64,000 nucleotides of DNA from Leucoraja erinacea (lineage: Eukaryota): contig NC_073407.1 of the NCBI RefSeq assembly GCF_028641065.1, forward strand, positions 124,001 through 188,000, written 5' to 3'. Within the stretch, counting starts at the first letter, position 1; each line of letters begins with the position of its first letter. Under the pieces are notes generated by a model, which worked only from the letters and a program-made list of their open reading frames with translations, did not search any database and was not told the origin of the DNA. The translations under genes and the position numbers were made by a program. Below, one piece after another: positions 38,251-50,061 of this stretch.

Positions 38251-39283
38251 CCAAGTGAATTAGTTAGAACTTATTGCACAGGAACAGGCCATTCCACTCG
38301 ACAATGATCGCCAGCAAATGCCAGCACTGGGTGCATAGTTGTGTTGGGGGGGGGGGGACAGACTACAGACTGTTAGAACATACACGGGATTGTTCCTATC
38401 CAAATTAAAAATGATAATTGGTCTCTGTGCTCGGACACATTTGACAGGTGGGTAGCACACTGGAGACCACATTAACAGAGAGGCCAGAATAAGCCGCTGG
38501 CCTCTGGAATAAGCACAATCAAACACTCAAAAGAATGGATATGTTTTCAGCAGTGGACAGGGGAATGGGGTGACTTGGATAATTAAAAATGAGAAAATAT
38601 CTGCTTTCTCAAGGTGATATGGATTCTCTTTCTCTCTCTCTCTCTCTATTTTACCACATCTTCCCACTATCCCTTCCACTGAATCGTGAATACTTTTGTT
38701 TTCTTACACAAGTCTGTTCCATTAGTCTGTTGTTTATGTCTCAATGACAAATCCTTTACCAGTCACACTCTCTCTCTCTCTCTGTTCACAACTCCCCCTC
38801 ACTAAAACAAGCTCCATCTGCACACCACCAGGGTGACATGACGATAGGTGGAGGGGCAGGTACTGTTGAGGAAGCAAGGAGTCCGCAGAAGGACTTGGAC
38901 AGGCTGGGGAAGAAGGCAAAGAAGAGGCAAATGGAAGACAACGCATCAAAGTGTATGGTCATGCATTTTCAGTAGGAGTAAAGGCTTAGACAGCTTTCTA
39001 AATGGGGAGGGGATTCAGAAATCAGAGATGCAAAGAGACTTGGGAGTGCTGGTGTAGGATTCCCAAAAGGTTTGCAGGTTGAGTTGGCAGCAAGGAAGGC
39101 ATATGAGTTTAGACGAATGAAGGGGGGGCCTTACTGAATCATACAGAATAGTGAAAGGGTGGATAGAGTGGATGTGGGAAGGAAGTTTCCACTAGTGGGA
39201 GAGTCATGGACTAGAGGTCATAGCGTCAGAATTGAAGGACGTTCATTTAGGAGGAGATGAAGAGAAATGTTTTTAGTAAGAGG

Positions 39284-39530
39284 GCGGGGAAGCCACGTGA
39301 CGCGGAGCGGGGATCGCGGGGAAGCCATGTGACGCGGACATCGGGCGTGTTGAGGACAAAGATCTTATCGCGAGCGATAAAATCTTTGGTTGAGGAGGTG
39401 ACGTTGGAGGGGGAATTGTATCACGCGCCCCCGCCCCGGGTCAGGTGACCCCGCGAGCGGGCGAAGCCGACACGTGCGCTGGGCGCGAAGGACGGTTTAA
39501 CGGTCGGGGATTGAAGGCGCGGTATTGGGC
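39284..39530. promoter_or_regulatory. CpG-island-like, promoter-like segment
   Basis: Very high CpG density, CACGTGAC/CATGTGAC E-boxes and a GCCCCGCCCC GC box. No linked gene seen. Confidence 0.4.
39357..39388. mobile_element. 32-bp palindromic micro-MITE with 8-bp TSD
   Basis: gttgagga-CAAAGATCTTATCGCGAGCGATAAAATCTTTG-gttgagga. Confidence 0.88.
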
Positions 39531-39560
39531 AAAGATCCTATAGCTCCTCTAGTATCTTTG
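39530..39560. mobile_element. 31-bp palindromic micro-MITE with 8-bp TSD
   Basis: gtattggg-CAAAGATCCTATAGCTCCTCTAGTATCTTTG-gtattggg. Confidence 0.88.
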
Positions 39561-39799
39561 GTATTGGGAGTTGAGGAGGAGAGTGGGAGGGAAGGGAAGG
39601 AGAGGGGGAACGTGAGAATGAACGGGAAAGGGAAGTATGTAGTTTGAAAGGCAACCGTGATGGGGAAAGAAATGGAAGCAAGGAAAGATACGAGAAAACG
39701 GAGGATGAAAAGAAAGGATAAAATGAAAAGAAAGGAAACTGAAGATATAGCGAAGGGGTGTCTGAATGAATGAAATAGCAAGAAGGAAGGAGGAAAATA

Positions 39800-42700
39800 G
39801 AATGTGCCATAGAGTGATACAGCGTGGAAGCAGGCCCTTCGGCCCAACTTGCCCACACCACCTGCCCACCCACATTAGTCCCACCTGCCTGTGCTTGGTC
39901 CACATGTCTCCAAACCTGTCATATCCATGCACCTGTCTGTTTCTTAAACGTCGGGGTAGTCCCAGCCTTAAGTACCTCATCTGGCAGCTTGTTCCATACA
40001 CCCACCACACTTTATGTGAAAAAGTAACCCTGGTCCTCTGGTCCTCGATTCCCCTACTCTTGGTGGGCAATGCTGTTGAGGGATGGAATTCAGTCCCTTG
40101 CGAGGGAAGACTTAGGGCATCCCAGGGTCCTCAGGGAGGTAGCTCTAGAAATAGTGGACGCAATTGTGATAATTTTCCAATGTTCAATAGATTCAGGATC
40201 AGTTCCTGTGGATTGGTACTGGAATTTTCTGGAATAATCATCTGGAATTTTTTGAGGATGTGCCAAATAAAATGGATGAAGGGGTGCCAGTGGATGTAGT
40301 GTATTTAGACTTTCAGAAAGCCTTTGATAAGGTCCAGCACAGGAGACTGGTGACTAAAATTAGCGCACATGGTATTGGGGGGTAGGGTGTTGACATGGAT
40401 AGAAAATTGGTTGGCAGACCGGAAGCAAAGAGTAGGAGTAAACGGGTCCTTTTCAGAATGGCAGGCAGTGGCGAGTGGAGTGCCGCAAGGCTTGGTGTTG
40501 GGGCCGCAACTCTTTACCATATATATCAATGATTTGGAAGAGGGAATTAGGAGCAACACTAGCAAGTTTGCGGATGACACAAAGCTGGGTGGCCTCACCA
40601 ATGCCTTGTACAATTTTAACATTACACCCCAACATCTATGCTCAATGTTCTGATTTATAAAGGCTAGCACACCAAAAGCTTTCTTTACCACCCTATATAA
40701 CTATATAATCATATAACAATTACAGAACGGAAACAGGCCATCCCGGCCCCTCTAGTCCGTGCCGAACACTTATTCTCCCCTAGTCCCATCTATCTGCACT
40801 CAGACCATAACCATCCATTCCTTTCCCGTCCATATACCTATCCAATTTATTTTTAAATTATAAAATCGAACCAGCCTCCACCACTTCCACTGCAAGCTCA
40901 TTCCACACAGCTACCACTCTCTGAGTAAAGAAGTTCCCCGTTAAGTTGCCTCTCATCATTTTAAAGACCTCTATCAAGTCCCCCCTTAGCCTTCTGCGCT
41001 CCAAAGAATAAAGACCTATCTTGTTCAACCTTTCTCTGTGACTTAGGTGCTGAAACCCAGGCAACATTCTAGTGAATCTCCGCTGTACTCTCTCTATTTT
41101 GTTGACTTCTTTCCTATAATTTGGCGACCAGAATTGTACACCATATTCCAGAATTGGCCTCACCAATCCCTTGTACAATTTTAACATTACATCCCAACTT
41201 CTATACTCAATGCTCTGATTTATAAAGGCCAGCACACCAAAAGCTTTCTTTACCACCCTATCTACATGAGATTCTACCTTCAGGGAACTATGCACGGTTA
41301 TTCCTAGATCACTCTGTTCAACTGCATTCCTATCATTTACCATGTATGTCCTATTTTGATTTGTCCTGCCAAGATGTAGCACATCACACTTATCAGCATT
41401 AAACTACATCTGCCATCTAGCAGCCCACTCTTCCAAATGGCCTAAATCTCTCTGTAGACTTTGAAAATCTACTTCATTATCCACAACCCCACCTATCTTA
41501 GTATCATCTGCATACTTACCAATCCAATTTACCACACCATCATCCAGATCATTGGTGTATATGACAAACAACAGTGTACCCAACACAGATCCCTGAAACA
41601 CCCCACTAGTCACTGGCCTCCAACCTGACAAACAGTTATCCACCATTACTCTCTGGAATCTCCCATTCAGCCAATGTTGAATCCACTTGCTACTCCACTA
41701 TTAATACCCAACAATTGAACCGTCTTAACCAACCTTCCACGTGGAACCTTGTCAAAGGCCTTATTGAAGTCCATATACACAACATCCACCGCTTTACCCT
41801 CTTCAATTCCCCTAGTAACCTCTTCAAAAAATTCAAGAAGATTAGTCAAACATGACTTTCCAGGCGCAAATCCATGTTGACTGTTCCTAATCAGACCCTG
41901 TTTATCCAGACGCTTATATATATTATCTCTAAGTATCCTTTCCATTAATTTGCCCACCACAGACTTCAAACTAACACGTCAAAATTGCTAGGTTTACTTT
42001 TAGAACACTTTTTAAACAATGGAACAACATGCGCAGTACGCCAATCCTCCAGCACCATTCCCGTTTCTAATGACATTTGAAATATTTCTGTCACAGCCCC
42101 TGCTATTTCTACACTAACTTCCCTCAATGTCCTAGGGCATATCCTCTCAGGACTTGGAGACTTATCCACTTTTATACTTTTCAAAATTGTCAGTACTTCC
42201 TCTTCTTTGATCCTCATAGTTTCCATAGCTACTCTTCTTGTTTCCCTTACCTCACATAATTCCATATCCTTCTCCTTGATGAATACCGATGAAGGGAAAT
42301 TGTTCAATATCTCCCCCATCTCTTTTGGCTCTGCAGATAGCTGTCCACTCTGACTCTCTAATTGACCAATTTTATCCCTCATTATCCTTTTGATATTAAT
42401 ATAGCTGTAGAAACCCTTTGGATTTACTTTCACGTTACTTGCCACAGCAACCTCATATCTTCTTTTAGCTTTTCTAATTTCTTTCTTAAGATTATTTTTA
42501 CACTCTTTACTCCTCAAGCATCTTATTTACTCCATGCTGCCTATAATTATTGTAGATCTCACTCTTTTTCCCAAACCAAGTGTCCAATTTCCCTTGAAAA
42601 TTATTACTATTTCCTTTCAACCGAACAGGGACATAACATTCTGTATTCTTAAAATGTCACCTTTAAATGTGCTCCATTTCTCTTCTACATCCTTCCCATA

Positions 42701-43138
42701 AAACAAAATGTCCCAATTCACTCCTTTTAAATCCTTTCGCACCTCCTCAAAGTTAGCCTTTCTCCGATGAAAAATCTCAACCCTTGGTCCAGTTCTGACC
42801 TTCTCCATAATTATATTGAAACTAATGGTATAGTGATCACTGGACCCGAAGTGCTCCCCAACACATACCGCCGTCACCTGACCCGTCTCATTTCCTAACA
42901 GGAGGTCCAGCACTGCCTCTTCTCTTGTAGGTACTGCTATGTATTGCTGCAAAAAACTATCCTGCACACATATTATAAATTCCAAACCATCCAGCCCTTT
43001 TACAGAATGTGTTTCCCAGTCTATGTGTCTACCTTATCTACATGAGATTCCACCTTCAGGGAACTATGCACAGTTATTCCTAGATCCCTCTGTTCAACTG
43101 CATTCCTCTATTCGCTACTATTTACCATGTACGTCCTA
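39800..43138 (-). mobile_element. CR1 cluster (main copy 40700-43030 minus; plus-strand fragment 40075-40593)
   Basis: APE LDLLLGNE/SDH, RT YADD, (ATATGGTT)-like tail. Confidence 0.88.
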
Positions 43139-44170
43139 TTTTGCTTCGGAGTCACGTGAGTGACTACGTGAAGAACCCCGCTTACGACGCATGCGTGTCA
43201 TATCGCTACACGCATTGCAACGAGTCGACATGGGGGGAGGACGTACCCCATTAACGGGAGAAGAAAAAAGCCGGCAGAAGGCAGGTAAGGGACTCTGCGT
43301 TTCTATCTTTAATAGGAGAAATGGACAGAGTAAGGAGAAAACGGACTGCGAAAAAACTGCCAGAGGTAAGTTGCGAAGGGATGGACATCGGGCAGAAACA
43401 GCATCCGAAAGCACAAGAGACCTCGGTGGAGGAGTCAGCTGTGCCGGTATTGGTTCCCGCACCAGTAAAAACGACTTCTCGGCCAGGCGGGAAGGTCCTA
43501 AGGAAGACTCACTATCTGGAAGACGAATCCGACTTGGAGCAGCCGCGGGCGGCCAGTATATATGAATACCGGGCCCGGGCTGAGCGGGTGCGTGAATCTG
43601 AGCACTCAGGAGAAAGCCGCTATGAGTGGGTGCTTGCTGCGGGACAAGGTCTAACTGTCCGAGAAACCAGTCGGGAACCAGTGGAGTACCGTGGAAGCGG
43701 CCAGGAACGTTCGCATAAGGGCCGGGCGGCCGGCTGCGGGAGACTGTCCGCAAACCAGTGCCCGTGAATACCGGGGATGGGAAGAGCGGGCATATGGGAG
43801 AGAGCAGCAGACTGCGGACCAGCTGCAGGAATGGGTGCAGCCGAGAACGTCTAGTGCCAGTGAGCACAAAGACCGTTTGGTGCAGTTGCTGGAGGAGCTC
43901 CTCCATGGTGGCAGTCCCAGAAATATGGAGGCTAGCCACAGTGGGCAAGAGGTAAGTCCCACAGCGGTACCCCATGTGGGGCCGCAAGATATTTCTTACT
44001 CCTCGGAGGAGAGTGTGCAGGACCAAATTTGGTCAGACCCTGACCAAGGCACAAGTTTACATAACCCTGAAGGAGGGGAGAAAGGAAAACTGCTTGATAT
44101 GGTGGCCGAGTTTTTTCAACCAAATCAAACTGGGGCAGATTTGGATTCTAGGATGGCAGCCAGTATAAAT
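43139..44170 (+). mobile_element. Probable DIRS-type retrotransposon 5' part (terminal repeat + gag-like ORF)
   Basis: T-run start then a CpG-rich leader; gag-like LLDMVAEFFQPNQTGADLDSRMAASIN; truncated by a hAT-like end. Confidence 0.5.
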
Positions 44171-44425
44171 TGCATGTCATTGTGGTATATACCATGTCTT
44201 GATTGGTGAATATGTTTCGTTTGTGACTTTATTTGAAGCAGAAATAATATGTGAATGCTTCATTTTGCATAATCCCGACTGGTATCTACGCAATTCGTAG
44301 AGCACATTATCGCAAGTGTCATGCAAGCCATCTTAAATGACCACCTAAACTGTCATTTGGCAACCTAAAAAGCTGCCAAGGTTGCCCGGCTGACAACAGC
44401 GAAAAATAATTAAGCAAGAGCCCTG
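44171..44425 (-). mobile_element. hAT-like non-autonomous transposon end
   Basis: Terminus CAGGGCTC; inverted copy of 34407-34660. Confidence 0.65.
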
Positions 44426-46729
44426 CAAGGTGTATGATATGTTGACACTGTAATAGGCCTTTCTTACATTTGCTGTCACAACGCACTGTAGTCTCTAAAC
44501 AACCCTTCAGTAATTTTCCTTGCCCTCCATTCCAGAACAATAGTGTTTTAAGCCAATAATCTACACTAGCACTGGCAATAAATAAATAAATAAAAGCGCA
44601 GCTTTCCAGCCCCTTATCTCATTGGCCACCCTAGGCTGCAAATCGGTGTCAATTTGGTGGACCATCTTCCTCTAGTCGTGAGGGTGGGGGATTGGGAAGG
44701 GCCTCACAAGTGGAACAGTTTAGGGCCTCTCTTCATCTAAATCCGGCCCTGGTGTTAGGCCACATACAACAGGCCCAATCTCTATTCAAATCATGCTGGG
44801 CCCAATGAATTCAGTCGCGGTTACTTCTTAAAGTATGTTGAATGGACCCAATGCGCCAAATGCAAACAAACAGAACGAGTCCAGAATGTGCGGCCCATTT
44901 GATTGCAACAGCTTCTGCTCCCTTACTCACGCACCCGCAAATAGCCGAAACTGAATTTAAGTGGAATCATAAACAGGGTGGATATCGGAAGCGAACAAAA
45001 GAGTTTTGATTTACAAGACCAATCTACCCGAACCAATTTACAATCGTTGGTGGAACGTGATCTCGGCTAATCCCAGATCCCGGATATGAGTTCGCAGTGT
45101 CTATACTTGTCCCTTGTTCATTCCGGATCTCGATCCATAAATTATTCCCACGTAATGTGTTCATTGTCTACCGGTGTGAAATAAATCAAGTACGCTTTCA
45201 TTATCTTGAAACTGTTTTTGTAAAGCTCTGCGGTAATATTAGAATGAATTATGATATCGATCACTATTTGGAGGATCACGCAATTCGGCACGACGTGCTC
45301 TTTGTTGCGCAAAGTACCCAAGAACAAGGTTGCGAATGTCACCTTTGCTGCTTTTTTCCACTGAAACGTTGACATTAAATGCACTCTGATCAGTTTAACT
45401 TTAACGTCATCGGACACCCGGGGCCATTGTGACTGTTCAACCGAAGTGATTCGTGTTCGAACATAGCCAGTGACGATTTGAGAAATTATATCTGTTAAGG
45501 AAGTAGTATAACCAGAATAAGTACTAAAGTGATGTAAAGGTAACTTCGAGAAACTAACACAGCACGCCAGGTTAGTCAATATATAGCTCAACTTTTATTT
45601 GTGTAACCACATAAACATTTTACAGAGAAGGTTTTATAAGCTTCACACAAAGTGGATAAAACATTTGTGTTCCTTACTGAGACCAGGTCAACTGAACATT
45701 TAGCTCGCTGACCAATTGCAGTGACCACGCGTGTCGGGGGATAAACGCAGAAATAAGGAAAGGACAACTGTGCAAAAAAGACGGGAATGGTGACTTGTTC
45801 ATACACGGAATAGTCGAAGAAGTTGGACTCTCTGGCATATATTTACACATGCGTTTACATTACATTGAATGTACAGGACATTGGTTAGGCCGAAAATAAA
45901 GTGTTGTGTGCAGACTTGATCACCCCATTGAAGGAATTATGGGGAGGCTTTGGAGAAAGAGCAGATGAGGTTTCATCGAATGCTGTATGAATTAGAAGTG
46001 CGGGTATGATTTTTACACTGAAAATATCGCGTGTCTGGGGCGCGCTTGCCATGGGTAGTGGAGGCAGACGCGGTAGTGACATTAGAAGAGTTTTATATAG
46101 GCACATGGATATGCAGTAAACAGCGGGTGTGAATCGCGTACAGTATAAGAGAATAGCTTTAACCTGGCATGCGGTTCGGCCCGGGCACTGTGCATCGAAG
46201 AGTCTGTCCCTGTATTGTAGTGTTAAATGATAAAGTCAGGACAGTATCAACACTGGCTTGGTGATGGGTGACAGGCGGCGTTGTTGCATAGATGATTTTT
46301 TTCCCGATTGAAAGTCTGCTACATGCTGTCCACCGCAGAGAGTGTTGGCCGAGGAACATTTTTGACGTCGTGGATTTTAAATTATGAGGTATGTTTTAAG
46401 TCTGTGGATGTCACAATAATTTTAGGTAATATGAATAGCGAAGAATGTTGTCTAAGGCTAACATACAACGGAATGCCCTGGAAGCATTGACGGATGAAAT
46501 TAAATCCGAATAAATCTGGAATTTGGGGAAGATTATGCTTTCTGGGAAGACAGATGGAGGTAGGAAAATTGCAGTAAATGTTGACAAGGAATGTTAATGA
46601 ACAGTGAGGCCTTCGTTTCCAATACCCCAATTTTCAGAAAGTGGCAAGACAGAACAACAACATGCTGAAGGAAGCACATGACATAGAATATAATGGTCGC
46701 GGTGTTATGTTGTAATTTTCTGAAGACAA

Positions 46730-48330
46730 TAGACAATAAGTGCAGGAATAGGCCATTCGGCCCTTCGAGCCTGCACCGTCATTCAGTGTGATCATGGCTG
46801 ATCAAACACAATCAGTAACCCCTTCCTGCCTTCTCCCCATATCCCCCGACTCCGCTTTCTTTAAGAGACTCCGCTATCTTTCACGTTCTCTCTTGAAAGT
46901 AACCAGAGAACAGGCCTCCACCGCCTTCCGAGGCAGAGAATTCCACTGACTTACAACTCTCTGTGTGGAAAAAGTGTTTCCTCATCTCCGTTCTAAATGC
47001 CTTATCCCTTATTCTTAAACAGTGCCCCCCTTGTTCTGGACTCACCCAACATCGGGAACATGCTTCCTGCCACCAGCGTGTCCAAACCCCCAATGAATTT
47101 ATATGTTTCAATAAGATTCCCTCTCATCCCTCTAAATACCAGAGCGTACAATGCCCAGCTGCTCCATTCTCTCAGCATATGACAGTTCCGAAATCCCGGG
47201 AATTAACCTTGTAAACCTACGCTGCACTCCCTCAATAGCAAGAATGTCCTTCCTCAAATTAGGGGACAAAAACTGCACACAATACTCCAGGTATGGTCTC
47301 ACTAGGGCCCCATACAACTGCAGAAGCACCTCTTTGCCCCAATACTCAACTCCTCTTGTTATGAAGGCCAACATCCCATTCGCTTTCTTCGCTGCCTGCT
47401 GTGCCTGCGTGCTTACTTCCATTGGCTGATGAACAAGGACCCCCCAGATCCCCCAAATCTGAGGAAGGACATTATTGCCATAGAGGGAGTGCAGAGAAGG
47501 TTCACCAGACTGATTCCTGGGATATCAGGACTGTCTTATGAAGAAAGACTGGATAGACTTGGTTTATACTCTCTAGAATTTAGGAGATTGAGAGGGGATC
47601 TTATAGAAACTTACAAAATTTTTAAGGGGTTGTACAGGCTAGATGCAGGAAGATTGTTCCCGATGTTGGGAAGTCCACAAGGGGGTCACAGAAGGATGAG
47701 GGGAAAATTCTTTAAAACCAAGATGAAAAACTTTTTTGGGTGAATCTCTGGAACTCTCTGCCACAGAGGGTAGTTGAGGCCAGTTCATTGGCTATATTTA
47801 AGAGGGAGTTAGATGTGGCCCTTGTGGCCAAGGGGATCAGAGGGTATGGAGAGAAGGCAGGTACGGGATACTGAGTTGGATGATCAGCCATGATCATATT
47901 AAATGGCGGTGCAGGCTCGAAGGGCCGAATGGCCTACTCCTGCACCTAATGTCTATGTTTCTATGTTTCTATGTTGTACTTACCCTTTTTCCAACTGCCA
48001 CAATTCGGATAATAATCTGCCTTCCTGTTTTTGCTACCAACGTGGATAACCTCGCATTTATGCACATTAAACTGCATCTGCCATGCATCTGCCCACTCAC
48101 CCAACCTGTCCATGTCGCCCTGCATTCTCATAGCATCCTCCTCACAGTTCACTCTGCCTTCCAGCTTTGTGTCATCTGCAAATTTTCAAATATTACTTTA
48201 AATCCCTTCATCTAAATCATTGATGTATATTGTAAATAGCTGCGGTCCCAGCACAGAGCCTCGCGGCACCCCACTAGTCAGTGCCTGCCATTCTGAAAGG
48301 GACCCATTCATCCCTACTCTTTGTTTCATG
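46730..48330. mobile_element. Minus-strand CR1 interrupted by a plus-strand CR1 (47450-47975)
   Basis: RT C-terminal motifs on both strands. Confidence 0.88.
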
Positions 48331-48409
48331 GTTAGACAGAGTATAATGTGGAACACTGCAGAATAACGATGTTGCCTAAAAGGGAGTGAAGAGGAACTTC
48401 AACTGGTCG

Positions 48410-48705
48410 GTAGACACAAACACCTGGAGTAACCCAGGCAGCATCTATGGGGAGAAGGAATAAGTGACGTTTCGGGTCAAGACCTTTCTTCAGACTGGTT
48501 AGGGATAAGGGAAACGAGCGATCTAGGCGATGATATAGAGAGATAAAGAACAATGAATGAAAGATGTGCAAAAATGTAATGATGATAACGAAAACAAGCC
48601 ACTTTTAGCTGTTCGTTAGGTGAAAACAATAAGCTAGTGCAACTTGGGTGGTGGAGGGATAGAGAGAGGCAATGCCGGGGCTACCAAAAGTATAAGAAAT
48701 CAATA
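48410..48705 (-). mobile_element. PLE 3' tail with hammerhead-like core at 48466-48493
   Basis: Reverse complement reads CTGAAGA-A-AGGTCTTGACCC-GAAAC-GTC. Confidence 0.7.
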
Positions 48706-49008
48706 AAACCCAAATTCAACACATCGGTGTTTGGATTAAAGATCTTTTGTTATAGGCGGAGCTTGGGTGCTTGGACTTGTTTGCCTACAAGCAGTGGAGA
48801 CTGATGGATGGCCTTGTAAACGTATCAATGAATGTGAGAGGCACAGATGTAACAGATTATCAAAATATTTCCCCACAGTATGGCTATGGACGACAAAAGC
48901 GATATGTTTGAAAGTGTTGGGAGGAATTTGATATCTAGCACATATGAGCTCGTGAGGAGCACGAATCAGGTTAAATTACTACTTTTTAAGGAACATAGTT
49001 AGATACCG

Positions 49009-49088
49009 ATTAGGAATGCATCTTTCTTTGCCCCGCCAGCATAGGCATGTACCTTTGTAAGCGGGGCAAATACAGATGCTTTCCTAAT
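49009..49088. repeat. 80-nt hairpin (28-bp stem, 3 mismatches, 24-nt loop)
   Basis: attaggaatgcatctttctttgccccgc ... gcggggcaaatacagatgctttcctaat. Confidence 0.9.
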
Positions 49089-49605
49089 GTAGGAAAAGCT
49101 GACATGGGTAAATGGGCAAAATGATCAATTATGTCAGTGCAGGAAGATTTAAAAAAAACACAGTGTGCAGGAAATAGCGATTCGGTGCGCTGGAGAATTC
49201 GAGCCCAAGATAGTTATTTTGCTGTTCGAGACCTGTTACCAAAAGTTCAGACAAATACGTAACGGATAATATATCCGAACATCATTAAGTTCATATTCTC
49301 ACTATAAACAACCTATTTGATCTACTTTCGAAAAACGACATTCAACATCGGAACGACAAGAAATATGACCCGCGCTAAAGTATGTAGATTGAGAACTTAT
49401 TTGCGCATGACATTCAGATTTAGATTTAAATAGTTTGGCACATTAACTATGTTCTAAAGGCATCCTAGGCTGCTTCAAACAATTCAAATTGACAGAATGA
49501 ATTATTGTTCATATTGTGCGATTCAGTTTGGCACATTTCCCTTGGCAGTAAATGGCGATGTCCAAACATCGACGAGAGGCACACGCGATTTCATACTTTA
49601 ACCCG

Positions 49606-49614
49606 TCACTTGAT
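49606..49614 (-). CDS. IGHM: Ig mu TM2 exon, coding part (IK-stop; cytoplasmic tail KIK)
   Basis: Strong acceptor ctctcttccttcacag then ATC AAG TGA, 135 bp after the TM1 donor. Equivalent to the KVK tail of other vertebrates. Confidence 0.88.
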   Translation of the reverse strand: MK

Positions 49615-49749
49615 CTGTGAAGGAAGAGAGCGAGAATTAAAGATATAGTAGCAGTCTGGGACTTTAATATCATAACCTCTACTGGGTACGCAAATTCAGA
49701 TTTACCCACTTTCTTCAATTAGGTGGAAAGGTAAGTGAAATTAACTCAC

Positions 49750-49877
49750 CTTCACCAGAGTGAGGACAGCGCTGTAGGAAATGCTGAGAAAGAACAGGAT
49801 GATGAATGTGCGAGCGGTTGTCCACATTTTGTCTTTGTCTTCCTCATAGTCCTCAATACGAATGATGTCTGCGAAAT
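49750..49877 (-). CDS. IGHM: Ig mu transmembrane exon TM1
   Basis: Absent from the ORF track; read by hand as DFADIIRIEDYEEDKDKMWTTARTFIILFFLSISYSAVLTLVK (acidic spacer, CART motif, YS). Acceptor tttccgtag, donor gtgagt, 128 bp. Confidence 0.93.
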
Positions 49878-50061
49878 CTACGGAAAGCGGGAAGTTTCAC
49901 AAGTTTTCAACATTAATCACGGATATTTTATATATTTTATTTATTATTTTCCATGATAACATTCTGTAGAGGATATTAATTTGGTATGACGTTTTTGCGT
50001 TCAGCTGACCATCCTCAATAATTAGATACGAACTCGTAGCCAGTTGCAGCAAAAGCTACGT

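Noticed and set aside
43136-44026. 296-aa minus-strand ORF as a host gene
   Set aside because: Pro/Ser/Arg-rich antisense shadow of a GC-rich TE; no recognisable domain.
45073-45130. Hairpin agatcccgga...tccggatct
   Set aside because: Short bulged stem with a large loop; compatible with chance.
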